Assembly (NCBI GenBank): GCA_043818055.1
Contig: JBDRGF010000033.1
Location: 52,363-116,362, forward strand
DNA from: Pseudomonadota bacterium
GTDB taxonomy: Bacteria; UBA10199; 2-02-FULL-44-16; JBDRGF01
Direction: 5' to 3'
DNA: 64,000 nt
Shown in pieces: positions 10,801-19,848 of this stretch. Both the position numbers and the translations under genes were made by a program. The notes beneath the pieces were generated by a model. That model was not told where the DNA came from and ran no database searches. It worked only from the letters and a program-made list of their open reading frames with translations. Within the stretch, counting starts at the first letter, position 1; every line of letters starts with the position of its first letter.

Positions 10801-12464
10801 GTTGCACTTGTGACCTTTGGTTCGGATACACTTACTCCACCTGAAAATATTACAGAAAAACCAAGGTGTGCAAATATCTCCCTGGTGACTATTGCAAAAC
10901 CATCACATTTAACCTTGTATTTTAATCTCCTCGTCTTTTTACATATTTTCGAGCAGTGTTTATGAATAAATTCTAAGAGAATGACTTGAGAATGCTCTCT
11001 TTCTCCTAGAAATTCTCCATATCTTTCAACAAAATTATCTGCGTAATCTCTATTGTAGGCCAAGTCAAAATCATATTCGTACCAAGAGCCAACATGTTCA
11101 ATCACCTCTTCTAGACATTCTCCTAATTGCAATGATCCTCTCAAAATTCTTGAATTCATGGCTTCTATAAATTTTCTCGTTGGTTCAGGCCACTCATCTA
11201 ATTTTGAATCCGGGCGCGTCAATGACATCAGCTCTGGAGGATCACCCCAAAAAGCTCCCCAATAATTGAAGCCAGATGCCTCTCGCGGCACTTCGAGAAT
11301 TTTAAATGAATAAAAAAGGTCTCTTTTCTCTGTCATCTCTGGAATTTCAATGAATGTTAGATGCTGGTATTTTGTCGGTCTGAAGTCCCAGCCTTGCAAA
11401 CCTTCTATCCTTATCGTTTCAGGTTCTATTTGAGCGGCGAATGGCTGTGGCAACAGAATGCGCCTCTTTTCGCCCGCTTCAATTTGGATTTTTACGGTTA
11501 CCCTTTTAGGTTCTACTCTAAACAATGACCACAATTCATCCGGCGCATTGGGAAGCGAGGGGGATAATGCATTGTGAATCTCCTCGATTTTTTTGCATGC
11601 TGCCTCGAATTCCTCTTCTGTGCAGGAATCAGGTTTTTCAAGGGGAGAGCTATGAAAAAATTGGTGATTATTGTATTCATTGCCTGAACCCAAAAATTCG
11701 AATCCCTCTACTATTGTAAAAAAATGCATGTCTTGCTGGCTTAAACTAAAAGGTGCCGATTCTGGAGATTCAACTTGTTGAGCATTATCTAAGCTCTGAC
11801 CTTCGGTCACTCCGGCAGACAATTGTTCTATGCCGATTTCAGGCATTTCAGTTTCGAGGATTTGCATTGTCTCTTCCTGCTTTGTTTGTTGATTTATTAT
11901 TTTATCAAACAGAAGAGGGACTGCGTCTGAGATTGGATTGTGTAAAATTGAATTCAGCTTTTTGATTCTGGAGTACAATAAAGTCTGATCTTGATGTGGC
12001 AGGCTCAAAAACAAATTAATTAAATCTTCAAAACTACTTTTTGTATTGTGAGAATGGCTGACCCCCAAATTAAATTTATTCCCCTCTCGCCAAAATCGGA
12101 GAGAGATTTCCCCTTCCGGCAATTCAATTGAAGATGTTAACGACTCATCTGGAGATATTTGGTTAAGATCTTCGAATAAACTTTCTAAGTCACTCGCACA
12201 AAAAATACTGACAATTTTTTCCCTTAAATTCATCCCTTCCCAGATTTCCGAAACAGATTCAAATTCACAACTATGTTGAAGTATTGAAAGAGAACTTTGT
12301 CTTTTTGAAACTAACCGTGCAGGGATGGTTAATGTTGCAGAAGGTTCTTTTAGAGAATATGAGGATAATGATGAATATGCAGCTGGTTTAGCAATTCCCC
12401 CTTCAAAAGAGGGCAACTGTGGAACAATCATCGCATATGTTGTTGTATGGAGGCATTTGACCAT
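7808..12464 (-). pseudogene. Large orphan gene with transglutaminase-like Cys/His motif, split by a +1 frameshift near 10245 (ORFs 10239-12464 and 7808-10111)
   Basis: The downstream ORF frame stays open from 10111 up through the upstream stop at 10239-10241. Removing one G from GAT TGG GAC TAA gives D-W-T-N-F-K-K-W-H-E... and a continuous ~1551-aa protein. KCDGFA...THA resembles the transglutaminase-like core. Confidence 0.65.
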
Positions 12465-12474
12465 AACGTAATTA

Positions 12475-12500
12475 TTATCGGCTGATTTCTGATAAAGTTG
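12475..12500 (-). promoter_or_regulatory. Sigma-28 (FliA/WhiG)-like promoter
   Basis: CAAC-N14-GCCGATAA on the minus strand just upstream of the orphan gene. The same motif occurs at 28671-28698 and 54357-54383. Confidence 0.55.
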
Positions 12501-12747
12501 TCAATAGGATGGAAAAAACAGAGAATATGCCCTAACAATGCCTCTTAAAATCAGCTCGGTCGTCACAAAATAATTGACGATGGGGGGGGCATATGGGTAT
12601 TATCCGTGACTCAAAAAACGCCAAATAACCTAGCACCTCATCTATAAAATTCTTTATAGTGAGGAAGGGCACAAGTGCTCGTAACAATTTAATATTTATT
12701 ATATACCACCTGTGGTAATTAAATTGACGAAGCACTAGGAGACGCAG

Positions 12748-14466
12748 ATGATATCCAAAGAAATCGAAAATAAAATCAACGAATTAGCAAAAAAATATCC
12801 AAAAAAAGAGTCGGCGCTCATGCCGGCACTCGATCTCGTACAACGCAGCAATAAAAACCTCCTATCACATGAGGATATCAAAGAGACCGCACGCGTTGTC
12901 GGGGTGACTGAAAGCAAAGCTTTTGGCGTCGCAACTTATTACACGATGTATAACACGGAAAAAGTCGGGAAATTTAATCTACAGATCGACACGAATATCC
13001 CGGGTTTCTTGACCGGTGCGAACGAAATACTCGAACACCTCAGGAAAAAACTCTCAATCGATGCCGGCGAGACCACAAAGGATGGTATGTTCACCCTCTC
13101 AATCGTTGAAGATCTTGGTTCATGCGGCACCTGCCCTGTGATGCAGGTCAACGACACATATTACGAAAATCTGACAATCGAAAAGGTGGACAAGATCATA
13201 GATGAGCTGAAAAAGGACAAAACGCCTGAACCGGACACGACAGCGAACTGGGGATCCGAGTGCAAGATACTCCTAAAAAACATGGGAGAGAAAAATTCGA
13301 CGAGCATCGAAACATACAAGAATAGCGGTGGCTACACAGCCCTTGCCAAAGCCCGCAAGATGAAACCTGCCGACATCGTTCAGGTGGTGAAGGAATCGAT
13401 GATCAGAGGTCGCGGCGGTGCAGGTTTCGCGGCCGGGGTCAAGTGGGGATTTTTACCCAAGGATGATTCCCGTCCAATCTACCTTGTCTGCAATGCCGAT
13501 GAAGGGGAGCCGGGAACATTCAAGGATCGCCAGATCATGCAATATGATCCACACCTTCTGATAGAGGGAATCGCGATCACCGCCTACGCTATAGGATCGA
13601 AAAAGGCATTCATCTATATAAGAGGTGAGTTCCGCTGGATCGCCGACATACTCGAAACGGCCATTGAACGTGCTAAGGCAGAGGGGATGCTCGGGGATCT
13701 GGACATCGTAGTTCATAAAGGGGCAGGATCATACGTCTGCGGCGAAGAGACAGCGCTGATCGAATCTATAGAGGGCAAGCGCGGCAATCCGAGAAACAAG
13801 CCGCCATTTCCTGCGAATATCGGCCTCTACGATTGTCCCACTATCGTAAATAATGTCGAGACGCTTGCGTGCATTCCATACATCATCGAAAATGGCGCAG
13901 AGGCTTTTAAAAAGATCGGAAATGCAAAGAACTCAGGGCCGAAGCTCTACGGCGTAAGCGGCCATGTAGAAAAACCTGGTGTATATGAATATCCGCTTGG
14001 AACACCGCTTGAAAAGATTCTCAAAGCAGCAGGTGGCGTGAAGGGAAAATTAAAAGCTGTAATAGTCGGAGGATTATCGGTCCCGATATTGCGCGCCGAT
14101 GAGGTCAAGGATCTCAAGATGGATTTTGACGACTGCTTAGCGCATGGCACTATGCTCGGTTCCGGCGGTATCATGGTGATCAACGATACCATATCGATTC
14201 CTGAGTTAGCGCTGAGAACTATCAAATTCTACGCTCACGAATCGTGTGGCCAGTGCGTCCCGTGTCGCGATGGCAGTTCTGTGATAAAGAATATATTGAA
14301 AAGGCTGATTGCGGGCCAAGCAAAAAAAGAGGAGATCGACCAGATTTTATCCATGTGTAAGACGATAAAGGGTCTCACACTCTGCCCAACCGGCGACGCG
14401 TTCGCAATGCCTATAGAGGCTATGATTGAGAAATTTAGAGAAGAGTTTGAGGGATTAATAAAATAA
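12748..14466 (+). CDS. Fused NuoE-NuoF-like NADH/FMN-binding subunit of a soluble NAD+-dependent formate dehydrogenase
   Basis: NuoE-like N-terminus (GVATYYTMY), then RGRGGAGF, NADEGEPGTFKDR, YVCGEETALIESIEG, NNVET and ESCGQCVPCR...LC. No C-terminal ferredoxin domain. Confidence 0.92.
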   Translation: MISKEIENKINELAKKYPKKESALMPALDLVQRSNKNLLSHEDIKETARVVGVTESKAFGVATYYTMYNTEKVGKFNLQIDTNIPGFLTGANEILEHLRKKLSIDAGETTKDGMFTLSIVEDLGSCGTCPVMQVNDTYYENLTIEKVDKIIDELKKDKTPEPDTTANWGSECKILLKNMGEKNSTSIETYKNSGGYTALAKARKMKPADIVQVVKESMIRGRGGAGFAAGVKWGFLPKDDSRPIYLVCNADEGEPGTFKDRQIMQYDPHLLIEGIAITAYAIGSKKAFIYIRGEFRWIADILETAIERAKAEGMLGDLDIVVHKGAGSYVCGEETALIESIEGKRGNPRNKPPFPANIGLYDCPTIVNNVETLACIPYIIENGAEAFKKIGNAKNSGPKLYGVSGHVEKPGVYEYPLGTPLEKILKAAGGVKGKLKAVIVGGLSVPILRADEVKDLKMDFDDCLAHGTMLGSGGIMVINDTISIPELALRTIKFYAHESCGQCVPCRDGSSVIKNILKRLIAGQAKKEEIDQILSMCKTIKGLTLCPTGDAFAMPIEAMIEKFREEFEGLIK

Positions 14467-14537
14467 ATGCTGTGCGCTATGGGCTTTGCGCCATGCGTTT
14501 TAAAAGCGCATAGCGCACGACACAAAACGCATAGCAG
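14467..14537. repeat. Intergenic imperfect palindrome built from short GCGCATA/TATGCGC-type units (copy 1)
   Basis: First 38 nt match 37326-37363 at 34/38 positions. Confidence 0.7.
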
Positions 14538-14559
14538 TTCATTTTTAAGGAGGAAATAC

Positions 14560-17298
14560 ATGAGTAGCAAAATCAACATCGATGGAAGGAGTTGCAACTT
14601 TGAGGGGGCGAAAACCATCCTTGAGGTCGCACGCGACAATCACATCTACATCCCGAGCTTGTGCTACCACAAAAAGACAGGGCCGGCTAGCATGTGTCGC
14701 GTCTGCGTTGTAGAGGTGGATGGCATGAGAGGGCTTCAGACTGCTTGTTCGGTGGAGGCCAAAGATGGCATGACGGTCAAAACCGACACACCAAAGGTAA
14801 TAGAAGCGAGAAAACTCGTAGTAAATCTACTCCTCGTAAATGGCCATCACAACTGTCTATCCTGTGAACAGAATGGCGAATGTGAGCTTCAGGAGGCTGC
14901 ATATAAGCTTGGAATAGAAGAGCCGTCATTCGTTGTCGACGAGGGGACAAAGACAAAGGATGAGTCGAGTGAGATGATCATCCGCGACGGCAACAGATGC
15001 ATACAGTGTGGCCGTTGCATCAAGGGATGCAATACAACTGTCGTCAACGAAGTGCTCGATTTCGGCTACCGCGCCGATTCGACAAAGGTGATCTGCGATG
15101 ATGACCTCGCGATGGGAGATTCTTCCTGTGTCCAGTGCGGCGAGTGTTCGCAGCTCTGTCCGGTTGGCGCGATCACAGACAAGAAAGCCCATGGAAAGGG
15201 TCGTCCCTGGGAATTAAAAAAGGTCGATACGGTTTGCACATATTGTGGAGTTGGCTGTCAGCTGACGCTGCATGTCGATGAATGGAAAAATGAGATCGTG
15301 AAAGTAACAGGTGTCGATGGGGCACCTCCAAATGACGGCATGCTCTGCGTGAAGGGGCGTTACGGTTATGAGTTTGTAAACAGCCCAGAAAGGCTTACCA
15401 CCCCGTTGATCAGAAACAGCAAAGGTGAGTTTGAAAATGCGACTTGGGAAGAGGCTATAAACTTCATCGCAAAAAAGTTAAATGATATTAAGCAAAAACA
15501 TGGTTCGAACAGCATAACGGGCCTTGCTTCCGCCAAGGTGACAAATGAAGAGAACTTCCTATTTCAGAAGTTCATGAGAAAGGAGGTGGGCACAAATAAC
15601 GTTGATCATTGTGCCCGGCTCTGACACTCCGCCACGGTGGCCGGTCTGGCTACCTCACTCGGTTCAGGCGCTATGACAAACGACATCGCAGGTATCAAGA
15701 ATGCCGATGTCATTCTAATAACGGGTTCTGATACATCAGCAGCTCATCCAGTTATCGCTGCCCGCATCAAGCAGGCTGTGCGATTTGGAAAAACAAAGCT
15801 CATCGTCATCGATCCGAAAGAGATCAAGATGGCCGAATACGCAACCATCTATGCAAGGCAGAGATGCGGCACGGATGTCGCAGTATTAAACGGTATCATG
15901 CATGTGATGATCAAGAACGGTTGGTACGACAAGGCATACGTCGAAGAGCGATGCGAAGGATTTGAAGAGCTGAAAAAAGAGGTCGAGAACTATCCTCCGG
16001 AAAAGGTTGAAAAGATATCCGGCGTCCCAGCAAAGCAGATAGAAGAGATAGCAGAACTTTTTGGCAAGGCCGAAACCGCGAGCCTCTTCTATGCGATGGG
16101 AATCACACAGCATACGACCGGCGTCGATAACGTCTGGTCAACTGCCAATCTGCAGATGCTCTGCGGCAACCTTGGAAAGGATGGCGGAGGCGTCAATCCA
16201 CTCAGAGGCCAATCAAACGTACAGGGTGCTTGCGATATGGGTGGGCTTCCGAATGTCTTTCCGGGATATCAAAAAGTTATCGATGAAAATGCAGTAGCAA
16301 AATTTGAAAAGGCCTGGAACTGCAAGCTTTCGAATAAAGTCGGACTAACTGTGACAGAGATGCTTGGTGGCGCTCACGATGGAAAGGTGAAGGCGATCTA
16401 TTGCATGGGAGAAAATCCGATGCTCTCAGATCCTGATCTCACGCACGCAAAAGAGGCGCTCGAAAAATTAGAGCTGCTAGTCGTTCAGGATCTCTTCATT
16501 ACAGAGACTGCAGAACTTGCTCATGTAATCTTGCCGGCTGCAACTTTTGCCGAAAAAGAGGGGCATTACACTAATACAGAGCGAAGGGTGCAGCGTTTGA
16601 GAAAAGCCGTCAACTCTCCTGGAGAAACAAAACAGGATTGGATGATCATACAGGATATCGCAAACGCGATGGGTGGCGAATGGAAGTATCAATCGGTAAA
16701 GGATATAACCGATGAAGTTTGTCAGCTCACTCCACAATATGGTGGCATCACATGGGAGAGAACGGAGAAGATCAGTTTGCAATGGCCATGCCCGACAACG
16801 GAACATCCGGGCACACCATACCTTCATAAAGGGAAATTTGCACGCGGCAAGGGACTTATGAAGGCTATACCATTCAAAGAGCCGGCTGAGCTGCCTGATG
16901 AAGAGTATCCACTTGTTATGACGACAGGCCGAGTACTGGAACATTTTCACACGGGAACCATGACAAGAAAGACTCAAGGGCTAAATAACTTAGCAGGCCC
17001 GATGGTCATGATCTCTGTCGAAGATGCCGAAAGCCTGGGAATTAAAAACAGCGAACTCGTGAAAGTCACCACGCGTCGTGGCGAAATTCACACACCTGCT
17101 TTTGTAACAAGAAGAATCGGCAAGGGAACGATTTACATCCCGTTCCATTATAAGGAAGCTGCGGCTAATTTGTTGACCAATCCGGTCGTAGATCCGGTGG
17201 CCAAGATTCCAGAATACAAGGCCTGTTCTGCACGCGTCGAAAAATTAAATGGAGAAATAGCTGATTCACCTTCGTGTAGAATCGGAAGGGTTAAATAG
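14560..17298 (+). CDS. fdhA: Selenocysteine-containing formate dehydrogenase alpha subunit (Mo/W-bisPGD), cytoplasmic, ~912 aa
   Basis: The two track ORFs are in frame across TGA 15622-15624: VDHCARL-U-HSATVAGL. N-terminal [2Fe-2S], HxxCxxCxxxxxC and 2x[4Fe-4S] motifs, CTYCGVGC, PLRGQSNVQGACDMG. No Tat signal. RBS AGGAGG before ATG 14560. Confidence 0.95.
15625..15660 (+). promoter_or_regulatory. Bacterial SECIS element
   Basis: Hairpin GGTGGCC-GGTCT-GGCTACC (15636-15654) begins 11 nt after the UGA and resembles the fdhF-type SECIS. Confidence 0.88.
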
Positions 17299-17302
17299 GT
17301 CA

Positions 17303-17746
17303 ATGGTTAAAATTGATATCGACACCATATTTCTCAAGGCAATAGAAAAGGAAGAAAAATCTTCAAAATTCTATTCCGACTTATCGGAAAAATCGAAAGA
17401 TGAATCTTTAAAGATTTTTTTTAAGGAGCTCTCTCAGGATGAGCTGTCACATAAAAATTATTTGGAAAATCTCAGAAAAAATCCTCGCCTGATAACCAGG
17501 ATAAATGAGAACTACGACGACATAATTTCAATTATTGATTCTTCCCCTCCTGAATTTAATCCAAATATGAATATCATGGATGCTTTTAAACTCGCCATAA
17601 ATAAAGAGGAAGAAGCTGCTCTCCTTTATAATTCTTTGGTCAGCCGCGTCGATGATCCTGAAGCCGTTAAAATTATCAAATACCTGGCGAATATGGAGAT
17701 GGGACACAGAAGTAAACTTGAAGGCATACTCCTCACGTTTAAATAA
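17303..17746 (+). CDS. Ferritin-like/rubrerythrin-family diiron protein
   Basis: AIEKEEKSSKFY, DELSH, AINKEEEAALLY, MEMGH (two ExxH motifs). Confidence 0.85.
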   Translation: MVKIDIDTIFLKAIEKEEKSSKFYSDLSEKSKDESLKIFFKELSQDELSHKNYLENLRKNPRLITRINENYDDIISIIDSSPPEFNPNMNIMDAFKLAINKEEEAALLYNSLVSRVDDPEAVKIIKYLANMEMGHRSKLEGILLTFK

Positions 17747-17767
17747 CAATCCCAAAGGAGAATTTAT

Positions 17768-18226
17768 ATGGATAAGATTGAAATGGAAAAAATATTTTCG
17801 ACAGCAATCGACAGAGAGATTGAGGCCTACGAATTTTATAAGGATGTCGCAACCAGGATTGATAACAAGGAAGTAAAAACGGTCTTTGAGCAGCTCGCGA
17901 AGGAGGAGATGGGACACAAGGATATGCTTGAATCACTAAAAAATGATCCGACAAAGATGATGAAGATCACCCCTCCTGCTGCAGATTACAAGGTCGCTGA
18001 AGCCACAGAGTTGCCCCCCTTGAGCACCGACATGAAGCCAGCGGATGCCATAGCGCTTGCCATGAAGAAGGAAGAGGCGGCTGTTGAATTCTATCGCGGG
18101 ATGGCTGCCGGAGCAGAAGAGAGTAGTATCAAAGATATGTTCGAAAATTTAGCCAACATGGAACTCGGTCACAAGCATCGACTGGAGAATGTCTTCGTTG
18201 AGATTGGGTATCCGGAGGTGTTTTAA
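17768..18226 (+). CDS. Ferritin-like/rubrerythrin-family diiron protein (tandem paralogue)
   Basis: AIDREIEAYEFY, EEMGH, AMKKEEAAVEFY, MELGH. Confidence 0.88.
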   Translation: MDKIEMEKIFSTAIDREIEAYEFYKDVATRIDNKEVKTVFEQLAKEEMGHKDMLESLKNDPTKMMKITPPAADYKVAEATELPPLSTDMKPADAIALAMKKEEAAVEFYRGMAAGAEESSIKDMFENLANMELGHKHRLENVFVEIGYPEVF

Positions 18227-18264
18227 AAGCAGTGTAGGAGTGTTGAAGTGTTTGAGTAAGGGCT

Positions 18265-19848
18265 CTAATTTTTATCTTCCTTTGCTTTATTTAGTATCCT
18301 CCTATCCCCCACCCTCATCGTTGTACCTTCGGAATCGTAGCGGGATAGAAGTAAGAGACAAAATTTTCTGTTTGCGCCGATAAGATCTCTAAACTCGGCT
18401 ACTGTCATACCAGAGGGTGTTGATTTTAAAGCCTCAACAAGTTTTTTTCTGAATTCATCCACAATGGAAGCATGTATATAATTTCCTTCTATGGAATAAA
18501 CCCTGCCTTTTTTTACAAGGGAGTTGAGTACGAATTTTAATCTTCCTTTATCAATTCCCTTCCCCTTGGATATCTCTATGAGTTCAGATTCAAGAGGCGT
18601 TTTGGTTCCACAATCGGCAAGCAGTTTCTCTACGAAATTCAATTCATCAGTTGACGCCTCATCTATTTTCCTTAGCAGCCTTTCCACAGCTGGCGGTGAG
18701 ACAACCGATTCTACAGCCTCTCCTCTTGCTACTCTATTAATTCTCTCAATCAGCGCCTTTGTCCTTCGCCTGTGATGTAGAGGATTTGAATCGATAATTT
18801 CACCGGCACCTATGGTCATATCACCGGATGAATTCCGCATTATAAATTTATCCCCTTTTGCGATCGCACATGGCGTGGGAAGATGTATTTGAGCGATAGC
18901 ACGCTCATCTCCCTTGAGTCTGTTCCTGTCTATCAGATGCACCTTCGCCATCGATTCGAATGTTCCAAGGTGAAAGGTGACATTGCTCCATAGGCTCAGG
19001 GCTTTGGATGATCGAAATAATTTTATCTTTGCATCGACCATTTGGGTGGTTTCAAGTGCCCTGTTTGAAATAAGCTGTCCTCGTCTGAACCCATCGAGTT
19101 TGAATCCGGGAATATTGATCGACGCACGATCTCCCGCAACCACTTCGTCAACCTGAGTACGATCCCTCTCAATCCTTCTAATCCTGTGACTCTTTCTATC
19201 TCCAGGAATTACGAAGATCTCCTGATTTGACTCAAGCCTCCCACTCAGAACTGAGCCATTAAAAACCGCTCCAAAGCCCTGGACATAAAATGCCCTATCT
19301 ATAAACATCCTGAAATCCCCTCCTTGAGGGCGTTCTGGAATTGATTTTATAATTTCAGATATGGTTGATTTGAGCTCGTCGATACCAAATCCGGATGTTG
19401 ATGACACCTGAATGATCGGCGCGTTCTTTAGAAAAGTCTCATCAGTTAATTTTTTGATATCATTTTTCGCAATTGAGATCATTTCATCATCGGCCAGATC
19501 GCATTTGGTGAGCACAACTATCCCGGATTTTATTGAGAGGGCATCCATGATTTCGATGTGCTCCCTTGTTTGAGGCATGACTCCTTCATTTGCTGCAACG
19601 ACCAATAATCCAAAATCGATCCCGCTCGCTCCAGCTACCATGTTATGAATAAAATCCTTGTGGCCGGGGACATCGATGATGCCGACCTTATCATCTCCGA
19701 GTGTTAGATGGGTAAATCCCAGGTTGATCGTAATTCCGCGTTTTTTTTCTTCAGGATGGGTATCACAGTCAAAACCTGTAAGGGCTTTTACCAGAGCTGT
19801 TTTACCGTGATCGACATGACCGGCTGTGCCGAGTATTATATGTTTCAT
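18265..19848 (-). CDS. selB: Selenocysteine-specific elongation factor (short, 527 aa)
   Basis: GTAGHVDHGKT, EEKKRGITINLGF, DVPGH, TKCD, and C-terminal SECIS-binding WH motif FRDLIGANRKF...RVGDRR. Confidence 0.95.
   Translation of the reverse strand: MKHIILGTAGHVDHGKTALVKALTGFDCDTHPEEKKRGITINLGFTHLTLGDDKVGIIDVPGHKDFIHNMVAGASGIDFGLLVVAANEGVMPQTREHIEIMDALSIKSGIVVLTKCDLADDEMISIAKNDIKKLTDETFLKNAPIIQVSSTSGFGIDELKSTISEIIKSIPERPQGGDFRMFIDRAFYVQGFGAVFNGSVLSGRLESNQEIFVIPGDRKSHRIRRIERDRTQVDEVVAGDRASINIPGFKLDGFRRGQLISNRALETTQMVDAKIKLFRSSKALSLWSNVTFHLGTFESMAKVHLIDRNRLKGDERAIAQIHLPTPCAIAKGDKFIMRNSSGDMTIGAGEIIDSNPLHHRRRTKALIERINRVARGEAVESVVSPPAVERLLRKIDEASTDELNFVEKLLADCGTKTPLESELIEISKGKGIDKGRLKFVLNSLVKKGRVYSIEGNYIHASIVDEFRKKLVEALKSTPSGMTVAEFRDLIGANRKFCLLLLSRYDSEGTTMRVGDRRILNKAKEDKN

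Noticed and set aside
14467..14559. Track start of the FdhA N-terminal ORF at 14467
   Set aside because: The first 31 codons translate an intergenic repeat. The RBS-led ATG is at 14560.
15622..15636. fdhA as two genes or a pseudogene
   Set aside because: In-frame UGA at the conserved Sec position with a SECIS hairpin.
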